Positions 13,745 to 25,270 of a DNA stretch of 64,000 bases are shown here, in pieces. Source of the stretch: Mobula hypostoma (lineage: Eukaryota); contig NC_086097.1 of NCBI RefSeq assembly GCF_963921235.1, positions 150,662,001-150,726,000 of the forward strand, written 5' to 3'. The position numbers and the translations under genes are program-made. Each line of letters starts with the position of its first letter. Positions within the stretch are counted from its first letter, which is position 1. The notes beneath the pieces are model-generated. The model ran no database searches and had not been told where the DNA came from. It saw nothing but the letters and a program-made list of their open reading frames with translations.

Positions 13745-14837
13745 TCATCCCCTTCTCGCAATTCCTCCGTCTCTGCCGCATCTGTTCTCAGGATGAGGCT
13801 TTTCATTCTAGGACGAAATTTAAAGAAAGGGGCTTCCCTTCCTCCACTATCAACTCTGCTCTTAAACGCATCTCCCCCATTTCACGTGCACCTGCTCTCA
13901 CTCCATCCTCCCGCCACCCCACTAGGAATAGGGTTTCCCTGGTCCTCACCTACCACCCCACCAGCCTCCGGGTCCAACATATTATTCTCCGTAACTTCTG
14001 CCACCTCCAACGGGATCCCACCACTAAGCACATCTTTCCCTCCCCCCCTCTCTCTGCATTCCGCAGGGATCGCTCCCTACACAACTCCCTTGTCCATTTG
14101 TCCCCCCCATCCCTCCCCACTGATCTCCCTCCTGGCACTTATCCGTGTAAGCGGAACAAGTGCTACACATGCCCTTACACTTCCTCCCTTACCACCATTC
14201 AGGGCCCCAAACAGTCCTTCCAGGTGAGGCGACACTTCACTTGTGAGTCGGCTGGGGTGATATACGGTGCTCCCGATGTGGCCTTTTATATATTGGCGAG
14301 ACCCGACGCAGACTGGGAGACCGCTTTGCTGAATATCTACGCTCTGTCCGCCAGAGAAAGCAGGATCTCCCAGTGGCCACACATTTTAATTCCACATCCC
14401 ATTCCCATTCTGACATGTCTATCCACGGCCTCCTCTACTGTAAAGATGAAGCCACACTCAGGGTGGAGGAACAACACCTCATATTCCGTCTGGGTAGCCT
14501 CCAACCTGATGGCATGAACATTGACTTCTCTAACTTCCGCTAAGGCCCCACCTCCCCCTCGTACCCCATCTGTTACTCATTTTTATACACACATTCTTTC
14601 TCTCACTCTCCTTTTTCTCCCTCTGTCCCTCTGAATATACCCCTTGCCCATCCTCTGGGTCCCCCCCCCCCCCGTCTTTCTTCCTGGACCTCCTGTCCCA
14701 TGATCCTCTCGTATCCCTTTTGCCTATCACCTGTCCAGCTCTTGGCTCTATCCCTCCCCCTCCTGTCTTCTCCTATCATTTTGGATCTCCCCCTCCCCCT
14801 CCAACTTTCAAATCCCTTACTCACTCTTCCTTCGGTT

Positions 14838-14873
14838 AGTCCTGATGAAGGGTCTCGGCCTGAAACGTCGACT
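14838..14873 (+). ncRNA. Minimal type-I hammerhead ribozyme
   Basis: AGTC-CTGATGA-AGGGTCTCGGCCT-GAAA-C-GTC^GACT. Confidence 0.85.
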
Positions 14874-15479
14874 GCACCTCTTCCTAGAGATGCTACCTGG
14901 CCTGCTGCGTTCACCAGCAACTTTTATGTGTGTTGCTTGAATTTCCAGCATCAGCAGAATTCCTGTTGTTTATATTTGTGGAGTATTATTTTAGGCTCCT
15001 TGCACTGATGTTTGTGATGTGCTGCTGTCTTACACCAGCACTGTGCTGCTCAGATCATGACCTAAAGATGAGGATATAGATAATCTCAGATATCGCACTG
15101 GAGGGCCAGAGGAGAATCAATGCCTGTAACTACTATACAGAAGAAAACACCTTCATCCTCCTTGCTTTCCAAAAATGTCATTTGAAGCAGCTGGTATAAC
15201 TTTGTCTCGACTCGTGCTCTTTTCTCCTTTTGTCTTCCTGACAAGGGTGAACCCCCAAAAAGATACCCATGATCAAGTTCTCCCTTTCTTCTGTGACACC
15301 TATAAAGTTTATATTAAGATGGCGTAACACATTGCTTTTTTATGCAAAAAGCACAGGGAATTTCCAAAATAAATCTTATTCGAAGAGTTAGTGGTCTCGA
15401 CATAATATTCTGGTAATTCTATTCACAGCTTTTTAAGTACATTTCTGAACTCCAGCAACAGTGGACTTAAGATGCTATG

Positions 15480-15905
15480 TAGACTCCAAGTCAACACTAG
15501 TATGACATTTATTCTCAAACAACTGGTGAAGGCATCCATTGAAAAAATGCAGTTCTTCAACATTACCAGCAACTCTATCCTTACATTTCACAGTTTGTTT
15601 TATATGATAGGAAGGTCGTGGGGGCTTTGGAGAGGGTGCAGAGGGGTTTCTCAGATGTTTGAATTGGACTCCATTAGCTATAAGGAAAATCTGGATAAAC
15701 TTGGATTTTTTTTCTTCAGTGTCAGAAGCTGAATGGAGATCAGATAGAAGTTTATAAAATTATGTGAGACATAAATAGAATAAATGGTCAGAGTCTTTTC
15801 CCCAGGATGGAAATGTCAAATACTACAGGATGCCTATTTAAGGTAAGAGAGGGGGTAGTTTAAAGGAGTAAGTTATTTGTCCGGAATGCGTTGCTAGGGG
15901 AGGTG
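15480..15905 (+). mobile_element. Old CR1 3' fragment
   Basis: Degenerate LERVQR...GDxIEVYKIM...LFP coding sequence. Confidence 0.6.
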
Positions 15906-15929
15906 ATATCCACGCTGACCATCTATATT

Positions 15930-16846
15930 AACCCCACTTGCCAGCATTTGGTCCATAGCTTTATAGACCTTGGTAATTCAAGTGCACACCACTGTACTTC
16001 TTAAATCTTATGAGAATCTCTGCCTTCACCATCTTCTCAGGCAATGCATTCCACATTGGAACCACCAGCCAGGTGAAAAAATTTGTTTCTTATATCCACT
16101 GTAAATCTCTTACATTGGTTTTAGACCCCAGCACTGTCGGGGGAAAGCTTACTACCATTTATCCTACCTATGCCCCTTATAATTTTGTACACATTCCTCG
16201 GCCTCTGCTCCAAAGAATGCAAATCCAGTCTATCCAGTCTCTCCTTATAACTACAATGCTCCACCCAGGCAGCATCCTGGTGAATCTCTTCTGTATCCTC
16301 TCAAGAGAATTATGCCCTTTCTCTACTGTGGCAACCAAAATTACACAGTTTTTATGGTGTGGCCTTGCCAATGTTCAATAAAGGTGTACCATAGTTGCAC
16401 TGCTCTTATACTTTATGCTCCTGCTGATGAAGACTATCACCCCATATGCCACCCAGTTTGCCTGTGCTACCACTTTAAGGGATGTTTGGACATGTACAAC
16501 AAGGTCTGTTTGTTTCTCAATAGCCTTGTGTCCCTACCAGTCATGGTCTATGACCTATCTTTATTTGACCTCTCAAAGTGCATCACTTTGCATTTATTAG
16601 GATTAAATTCCATCCATCAGTGCTCTGTCCAATTCTCCAGCTGATCAGTACACCTTAGTAAACCATCCTCCTATTTTATCCATAATACCAATATTTGTGT
16701 CATATACAAACCACTAATTATACCTCCTACATAAATATTTAAGTTATAATTTATATTAAAATCTGTAAATGTCCCAATACTGATCTGTATGGTATACCAC
16801 TGGTCACAGGCTTCCACTCACAAAAGCAACCCAAGTCTTTTGGATC
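15930..16846 (-). mobile_element. Old CR1 RT fragment (continues at 23206-23270)
   Basis: LERIQKRFTRMLPG on the minus strand; split by the full-length CR1 insertion. Confidence 0.7.
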
Positions 16847-17268
16847 GGGACTACAGAGCGGCGTGGGAGCTGAATGCTGAAGGAAGGCAGTTTTTTAAAA
16901 AACTTCTTCGAGTGCAAGAAGGACGAGACTGCGCAGGTGTGTGACGTCAACAGGACGGCGCGGAGAGTTTAAAAAGGAGACCACCCTATACAGTGGGCAG
17001 CTGTCGGAGCGGGCAGCGGAGTGAGCGGTAGCAGAGTGTAGGGCTTTGAGTTCAACGGGCTTCAGCGGTAAACAGGAAGAGGTGAGAACGAAGCACCAAC
17101 ATTTTTTTCTTCCCCCCCCCACTTCGCGAATTGGCCCAGACAGACAGGAACAACAGGGCTCTCACAGCTAATGGTACGAGCTAACGGTTTAAAAAGTTCA
17201 TCTGTTTGGCGAGGTAAGTGGATGAGTAGACTTATTTTTCCTGTTTTATTCCTGTAGAATTAGATACC
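16847..17268 (+). promoter_or_regulatory. CR1 5' UTR, putative internal Pol II promoter
   Basis: CpG-rich relative to flanks. NRF1-like TGCGCAGGTGTG at 16930-16941, CRE TGACGTCA at 16942-16949, TATA-like TTTAAAAA at 16968-16975. Confidence 0.55.
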
Positions 17269-18204
17269 ATGCCTACAGGGTTAGTGCTTTGTTCAGGGTG
17301 TCAGATGTGGGAATCCTGGGAGACCTCCAGCCTCCCTGATGGACACATCTGTGCCAGGTGCACCGAGATGCAGCACCTCAGAGACCGTGTTAGGGATCTG
17401 GAGCTGCAGCTTGATGACCTACTGCTTATCAGGGAAAGTGAAGAGGTGATAGACAGGAGCTACAGGGAGGTAGTCATCCCTAGGCTACAGGGGTCAGAAA
17501 ACTGGGTCACTGTCAAGAGAGGGAAGGGAAATGCCTGGATAGTGGAGAGCACCCCTGTGGCTGTCCCCCTCAGCAACAAATATCTTGTTCTGGATGCTGT
17601 TGAAGGGGATGACCTGACAGGGGACGCCCACGGTGACCGGGTTTCTGGCACTGAGCCTGGCGCTGTTGTGCAGGAGAGAAGGAGGGAGAAGAGGAATCCG
17701 GTAGTCATAGGGGATTCCATAGTCAGGGGAACGGACAGGAGATTCTGTGAGCCTGATAGAGATACCCGCATGGTGTGTTGCCTCCCAGGTGCCAGGGTAC
17801 GGGATGTCTCGGATCAGGTCCTGAATATTCTGAAGGGGGAGGGTGAGCAGCCAGCTGTCTTGGTACCTATTGGTACCAATGACATAGATAGGACAAAGGA
17901 GGAGGTCCTGAAGAGAGATTTCCAGTAGTTAGGAAGGAAGCTGAGAAGCAGGACCTCCAGGTTAGTAATCTCAGGATTACTACCTGTGCTACATGCTAGT
18001 GAGGGCAAGAGTAGTCGGATCAGGCAGATGAATGTGTGGCTGAGAAACTGGTGCAGAGGGCAGGGCTTCAGATTCTTGGATAATTGGGATCTCTTCTGGG
18101 GGAAGTATGACCTGTTCAAAATGGACAGGTTACACCTGAATCCGAAGGGGATCAATATCCTGGCGGGAAAGTTTAATAGAGCTGTTAGAGAGGGTTTAAA
18201 CTAA
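17269..18204 (+). pseudogene. CR1 ORF1 (zinc finger, coiled coil, SGNH esterase) with one premature stop
   Basis: CSGC...CARC, heptad leucine repeat, GDSIVRG, IGTND, DRLHLN. Stop at 17926-17928; the frame continues to 18204. Confidence 0.9.
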
Positions 18205-18389
18205 TTTGGCAGGGGGATGGGAACTGGAAAACAGAAATAAATCTAAGATAGTGAGCAGTAAAGATGTCAGGAAAGACAGGCAGGTGATGGGGCACATTTG
18301 TAGCCATTAGGATGAGATGCAGTGCAATAAAGTTGCAGTGAAATCAAAGCAAAAAGTACCAAATACTGGTCTTAAGGTGCTGTACTTAA

Positions 18390-20333
18390 TAGTCATAGTC
18401 ATATTCATACTTTATTGATCCCGGGGGGAATTGGTTTTCGTTACAGTTGCACCATAAATAATTAAATAGTAATAAAACCATAAATAGTTAAATAGTATGT
18501 AAATTATGCCAGGAAATAAGTCCAGGACCAGCCTATCGACACAGGATGTCTGACCCTCCAAGGGAGGAGTTGTAAAGTTTGATGGCCACAGGCAGGAATG
18601 ACTTCCTATGTCGCTCTGTGTTGCATCTCGGTGGAATGAGTCTCTGGCTGAATGTACTCCTGTGCCCAACCAGTACATTATGTAGTGGATGGGAGACATT
18701 GGCCAAGATGGCATGCAACTTGGGCAGCATCCTCTTTTCAGACACCACCGTCAGAGAGTCCAGTTCCATCCCCATAACATCACTGGCCTTACGAAAGAGT
18801 TTGTTGATTCTGTTGGTGTCTGCTACCCTCAGCCTGCTGCCTCAGCACACAACAGCAGACATGATCGCACTGGCCACCACAGACTCGTAGAACATCCTCA
18901 GCATCGTCCGGCAGATGTTAAAGGACCTCAGTCTCCTCAGGAAATAGAGACAGCTCTGACCCTTCGTGTAGACAGCCTCAGTGTTCTTTGACCGGTCCAG
19001 TTTATTGTCAATTCATATCCCCAGGTTTTTGCAATCCTCCACCATGTCCACACTGACCCCCTGGATGGAAACAGGGGTCACCGGTACCTTAGCTCTCCTC
19101 AGGTCTACCACCAGCTCCTTAGTGTTTTTCACATTAAGCTGCAGATCATTCTGCTCACACCATGTGACAAAGTTTCCTACCGTAGCCCTGTACTCAGCCT
19201 CATCTCCCTTGCTGATGCATCCAACTATGGCAGAGTCATCAGAAAACTTCTGAAGATGATAAGACTCTGTGCAGTAGTTGAAGTCCGAGGTGTAAATGGT
19301 GAAGAGAAAGGGAGACAAGACAGTCCCCTGTGGAGCCCCAGTGCTGCTGATCACTCTGTCGGACACACAGTGTTGCAGGTACACGTACTGTGGTCTGCCA
19401 GTCAGGTAATCAAGAATCCATGACACCAGGAGAGCATCCATCTGCATTGCTGTCAGCTTCTCCCCCAGCAGAGCAGGGCGGATGGTGTTGAACGCACTGG
19501 AGAAGCCAAAAAACATGACCCTCACAGTGCTCGTTGGCTTGTCCAGGTGGGCGTAGACATGGTTCAGCAGGTAGACGATGGCATCCTCAACTCCTAGTCG
19601 GGGCTGGCAGGCGAACTGGAGGGGATCCAAGTGTGGCCTGACCATAGGCCGGAGTAGCTCCAGAACAAGTCTCTCCAGTGTCTTCATGATGTGGGAGTCA
19701 ATGCCATCGGTCTGTAGTCATTGAGGCCGTGGCATCTTCGGCACAGGGACGAGGCAGGACGTCTTCCACAGCACAGGAACCCTCCGGAGCCTCAGGATCA
19801 GGTTGAAGACATGTCGAAGTACTCCACATAGCTGAGGGGCACAGGCTTTGAGCACCGTGGTACTGACACCATCTAGTCCTGCAGTCTTGCTTGAGTTGAG
19901 ACATTTCAGCTGTGAAGCCCATCGTGGTGGTTTCGTGTGGGGAAAGGGTATAGTCATGAGAGCAGGGTGGGGGACTGTGAGGAGGGGAGAGTGGAATATG
20001 TGTTGGTTGGGGGCCGACAACAGATGACTCATGTGGGTGATGGGTAAGGGCCACAATGTCAAATCTGTTAAAGGACAGGTTAAGTTCGTTGGCCCTGTCC
20101 GCAATGCCTTCAGCTCCTCTGTTGCTAGTTTGCCGGAACCCAGTGATGGTCCTCATCCCACTCCAGACCTCTCTCATGTTGTTCTGCTGGAGTTTCCACT
20201 CAAGCTTCCTCCTGTACCTGTCTTTAGCCTCCCTGATCCTGGCTTTCAGGTCCCTCTGTATTGCCCTCAGCTCCTCCCTATTTCCATCTCTAAATGCCCT
20301 CTTTTTAGCGTTCAGGATGTCCTTAATGGCTTG
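18390..20333 (-). mobile_element. Rex1 LINE, 5'-truncated, nested in the CR1 endonuclease
   Basis: LDPLQFACQ, FSSAFNTI, GAPQGTVLSPFLF, KFSDD; tail AATAAAG-(TATGAC)n; TTAA duplicated at 18386-18389 and 20334-20337. Confidence 0.92.
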
Positions 20334-23117
20334 TTAAATGCATGCAGCATAAGGAATAAGGTGGATGATCTTGTCATACAGCTACAGATTGGCAGGTATG
20401 ATATTGTGGCCATCACTGAGACGTGGCTAAAGGATGCATGTCTCTGGGAGCTGAACGTCCAAGGATACATGGTGTATCGGAAGGACAGGAAGGTAGGCAG
20501 AGGGGGAGGCGTGGCTTTATTGGTAGGAAATGATATTAAATCATTAGAAAGAGGTGATATAGGATCAGAAGGTGCAGAATCTTTATGGGTTGAGCTAAGG
20601 AATAGCAGGGGTAAAAGGACCCTGATGGCAGTTATTTATAGGCCTCCAAACAGCTGCAGTGATGTGGACTACAAATTACAACAGGAAATAGAAAAGGCTT
20701 GTCAGAAGGGCAGTGTTATGATAATTGTGGGGGATTTTAACATGCGAGTGGATTGGGAAAATCAGGTCGGCACTGGATCTCAAGGGAGAGAATTTGTAGA
20801 ATGTCTGCGAGATGGCTTTTTAGAACAGCTTGTTGTTGAGCCCACGAGGGGATTGGCTGTACTGGATTGGGTATTGTGTAATGAACCGGAGGTGATTAGA
20901 GAGATTGAGGTGAAGGAACCCTTCGGAGGCAGTGATCATAACATGATTGAGTTCACTGTGAAATTTGAAAAAGAGAAGCCGAAATCTGATGTGTCGGTAT
21001 TTCAGTGGAGTAAAGGAAATTATAGTGGCATGAGAGAGGAACTGGCCAAAGTTGACTGGAAAGGGACACTGGCGGAAAAGACAGCAGAGCAGTAGTGGCT
21101 GTACTTTATGTGAGAAGTGAGGAAGGTGCAAGACAGGTATATTCCAAAAAAGAAGAAATTTTTGAATGGAAAAAGGATGCAACCGTGGTTGACAAGAGAA
21201 GTCAAAGCCAAAGTTAAAGCAAAGGAGAGGGCATACAAGGAAGCAAAAATTAGTGGGAAGACAGAGGACTGGGAAGATTCTAAAACCTTACATAAGGAAA
21301 CTAAGAAAGCCATTAAGAGGGAAAAGATTAACTATGAAAGGAAGCTAGCAAATAATATCAAAGAGGATACTAAAAGCTTTTTCAATTATATAAAGAGTAA
21401 AAGACAGATGAGAGTAGATATAGGACCGATAGAAAATGATGCTGGAGAAATTGTAATGGGTGATTAGGAGATGGCAGAGGAACTGAACAAGTATTTTGCA
21501 TCAGTCTTCACTGAGGAAGACATCAGCAGTACACCAGACACTCAAGTGTGGCAGGGAAGAGAAGTGTGCACAGTCACAGTTACGACAGAGAAAGTACTCA
21601 GGAAGCTGAATAGTCTAAAGGTAGATAAATATCCTGGACTAGATGGAATGCACCCGCATGTTCTGAAGGAAGTAGCTGTGGGGATTGCGAAGGCATTAGT
21701 GATGATCTTTCAGAAGTTGATAGATTCTGGCATGGTTCCGGAGGAGTGGAAAATTGCAAATGTCACTCTGCTATTTAAGAAGGTGGCAAGGAAGCAAAAA
21801 GGAAATTATAGACCTGTTAGCTTGACATCGGTGGTTGGGAAGTTGTTGGAGTCGATTGTCAAGGATGAGGTTACAGAGTACCTGGAGACATATGACAAGA
21901 TAGGCAGAACTCAGCATGGATTCCTTAAAGGAAAATCCTACCTGACAAACCTATTACAATTTTTTGAGGAAATTACCAGTAGGCTAGACAAGGGAGATGC
22001 AGTGGATGTTGTATAGTTGGATTTTCGGAAGGCCTTTGACAAGGTGCCACACATGAGGCTACTTAACAAGGTAAGAGCCCATGGAATTACGGGAAAGTTA
22101 CATACCTGGATAGAGCGTTGGCTGATTGGCAGGAAACAGAGAGTGGGAATAAAGGGATCCTATTCTGGTTGGCTGCCGGTTACCAGTGGTGTTCCACAGG
22201 GGTCCGTGTTGGGGCCGCTTCTTTTTATATTGTTCATCAACGATTTGGATTATGGAATAGATGGCTTTGTGGCTAAGTTTGCTGACGATATGAAGATGGG
22301 TGGATGGGCCAATAGTGCTGAGGAAATGGAGAGTCTGCAGAGAGACTTGGATAGATTGGAAGAATGGGCAAAGAAGTGGCAAATGAAATACAATGTTGGA
22401 AAGTGTATGGTTATGCACTTTGGCAGAAGAAATAAACTGGCAGACAATTATTTAAATGGAGAAAGAATTCAAAGTTCTGAGATGCAACGGGACTTGGGAG
22501 CCCTTGTACAGGATACCCTTAAGGTTAACCTCCAGGTTGAGTCAATAGTGAAGAAGGCGAATGCAATGTTGGCATTCATTTCTAGAGGAATAGAGTATAG
22601 GAGCAAGGATGTGATGTTGAGGCTCTATAAGGCGCTGGTGAGACCTCACTTGGAGTACTGTGGGCAGTTTTGGTCTCCTTATTTAAGAAAGGATGTGCTG
22701 ACGTTGGAGAGGGTACAGAGAAGATTCACTAGAATGATTCCGGGAATGAGAGGGTTAACATATGAGGAAAGTTTGTCTGCTCTTGGACTGTATTCCTTGG
22801 AGTTTAGAAGAATGAGGGGAGACCTCATAGAAACATTTCGAATGTTGAAAAGCATGGACAGAGTGGATGTGGCAAAGTTGTTCCCCATGATGGGGGAGTC
22901 TAGTACGAGAGGGCATGACTTAAGGATTGAAAGGCGCCCATTCAGAACAGAAATGCGAAGAAATTTTTTTAGTCAGAGGGTGGTGAATCTATGGAATTTG
23001 TTGCCATGGGCAGCAGTGGAGGGCAAGTCATTGGGTGTATTTAAGGAAGAGATTGATAGGTATCTGAGTAGCCAGGGTATCAAAGGTTATGGTGAGAAGG
23101 CGGGGGAGTGGGACTAA
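20334..23117 (+). pseudogene. CR1 ORF2 (APE endonuclease and RT), in frame with a few stops
   Basis: [54 protein letters not shown] segments all lie in one frame. Confidence 0.93.
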
Positions 23118-23379
23118 ATGGGAGAATGGATCAGCTCATGATAAAATGGCGGAGCAGACTTGATGGGCCGAATGGCCGACTTCTGCTCCTTTGTCTTACG
23201 GTCTATTTTGGATCCATTTTGTCATTTCCCATTCAATCCTTTGGGTTCTAACCTTTTGGAAAAGTCCTTCAAGACTGTTTCACCACTCAGTTAGATTACA
23301 ACTATATCCTACTCCATTTCATTTCCTTGGTTCCTTAATCTTTAATATTTTTATCTAATAAAATCGATCAATTTCAGTT

Positions 23380-23710
23380 TCCCCACTATTCCCCTCTCTG
23401 GCTCTTATCTCTTCTCACCTGTGTATCACCTCCCCCTGGGTCCCCTCCTACTTTTTCTACTATGATTCACTCCTCTATCAGATTCCTTCCTATCCACCTA
23501 GCTTCACCTATCACCTTCTAGCTAACCTCCATACGCATCCCCTACCATTTTATTCTGGTGTCTTCCCCTTTCCTTTCCAGCCCTGAAGAAGGGTCTGGCC
23601 CGAAATGTTGACTGTTTATTCATTTCCATAGATGCTGCCTGACCTGCTAAGTTCCTCCAGCATTTTGTGTGCGTGCTTTGGATATCCAGCATCTTCAGAG
23701 AGTTTCTTGA
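23380..23710 (+). mobile_element. Older PLE 3' fragment with hammerhead-like motif
   Basis: Pyrimidine-rich tract, then CAGCC-CTGAAGA-AGGGTCTGGCCC-GAAA-TGTT-GACTG at 23578-23614, then the AGATGCTG...CAGCATCT module. Confidence 0.8.
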
Positions 23711-23804
23711 CTTTCAATTTCTAACTGATCTGTTTTAAACTACCTTTGATATAAGACTTTTCTGATTTATGTATCCTAAATCTGATCTCCTCCCAAAAGA
23801 ACAA

Positions 23805-25270
23805 ACATAGAACAGTACAGCAAAGAGTGTACAATTACCACTCTCTGCGTAAAGAAACCTAAGGTCTCCCTGATACTTTCCTCCAATCATTGTAAAATTA
23901 TGCCCTCTTGTTTTAACCATTTCCGCTCTGGGAAAAAGACCTAGGCTGTCCACTCAATGGATGCCTATTTTCATCTTATACACTTCTAGTAAGTCACCAC
24001 TCATCCTCCTTCGTTCGCTCAACCTCTTCTCATGAGACATGCTCTCTAATCCAGGCAGCATCCTAGTAAATCTCCTCTGCATCTTCTCTAAAGCTTTCAC
24101 ATCCTAAAATGAGGCAACCAGTGCTGAACATAGTACTTCAAACGTGGTCTAACCAAAGTTTTATTGAGCTGCAATGCTACCTTGCAGCTCCAGATCTCGA
24201 TTCCCCCGGCCGACTAATGAAGGCCAACAAACCATATGTCCTCTTAATCACCCAATCAAATTATCAAATTGCAGGGCATCTGTGTGGGATTGATAGACAT
24301 GGACCCCAAGATCCCCCTGTTTCTCCATTGCTAAGAAGCTGCCATAGCATTGCCTTGAAGTGTACTACTTCACACTTTTCCAAATTGAACTCCATCTGCT
24401 ATTTAGCAACTCAGCTCTGAATCACATCAATGTCCTAATATAACTTATGACAACCTTCTACACCAGCCATTCTCAACGGGGGCCATATAGGGGCCCTGGC
24501 ACATTTGAAGGGGGCCACCGACTGAAAACTCTGAGAAGGGGAGCCCCAAGGGTTTATGGGGGCCCTGGTAACTGAACAGTTGAAATACCTAAGCAGCAAC
24601 CTTCATTGGAGTGGATAGTTTCCCTCCTATTTATAATATCTTTCCAACACACAGTTTGAATTTGGCGCACCTGGTAAATTCATTGCTTAAGCTCCTCCCA
24701 CACAGCCTCACTCCAGAGTCAGTCGCGAATCAGACTGCACCGGGTCAACGTATTCATTCAAGGGTTCTCGCATCCATTATCACCTTACTTCATTCTCCGA
24801 AGATCAACGTATCTTGCTAGGCCTTTTTTAGCCTAGTAACTTTAAAGTATATGTGTTTGGATATATTATACATTAAGGTAGTTTGTGAAAAGTGTTTATT
24901 ACTGTCATTGTCTAATTTGGAGCCCGATATCATGAAACTTGCAGAAAAACACCAAGCTCAAGGATCACATTAGGCCTGATAAATGTTTAATTTCATAGTC
25001 TTTTTTAAAGTTTTGTCCAGTATGTCAGAATGTTCAAGTTTTCTTGGTGTTCAATAATCAATGATTTTCTGTCTATCTGTTCGTGTTGTATCCCTGTTTG
25101 AATGGGGTCCCTGGAACCTGAGAAGAGCTCCTATGGGGTCCGTGGCCAAAAAACGGTTGAGAATCACTGTTCTACACTATCCACCACATTGCCAAACTTC
25201 ATGTCATCTGCAAATTTACTAACCCACCCTTCCACTTCCTCATCCAAGTCATTTATAAAAACCACAAAGT
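23805..25270 (-). mobile_element. Old CR1 3' fragment interrupted by a hAT MITE
   Basis: LFPRAEMVKTRGHNF; KFADD coding near 25200; CATAGAAC tail. Confidence 0.7.
24464..25169. mobile_element. Non-autonomous hAT element (706 bp)
   Basis: TIRs CAGCCATTCTCAAC and GTTGAGAATCACTG (12/14 match); perfect 8-bp TSD TTCTACAC at 24456-24463 and 25170-25177. Confidence 0.9.

Larger units (their letters stand above)
12549..14971. mobile_element. Penelope-like element (Neptune-type) as a 2.4-kb inverted duplication
   Basis: Left arm 12548-13744 (minus) and right arm 13764-14934 (plus) are near-identical inverted copies. Each encodes the RT C-terminus, a Cys linker (PCKRNKCYTC) and a GIY-YIG endonuclease (left arm: IYCVRCSRCGLLYIGETRRRL). 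Spacer 19 nt, tail 37 nt, TSD ATATTTGTGGAGTA at 12535-12548 and 14972-14985. Confidence 0.95.
16847..23205 (+). mobile_element. Full-length CR1 LINE, subfamily C, with nested Rex1
   Basis: 5' UTR, ORF1, ORF2 and 3' UTR ending TCTTACGG-TCTA. TSD TTTTGGATC at 16838-16846 and 23206-23214. Confidence 0.95.

Noticed and set aside
13702..14517. Mirror-image ORFs both starting MKSLILR
   Set aside because: Artefact of reading across the palindrome centre; the starts come from the antisense arm.
15100..15305. Possible minus-strand exon after a TTTATAG acceptor
   Set aside because: No recognisable peptide and no convincing donor site.
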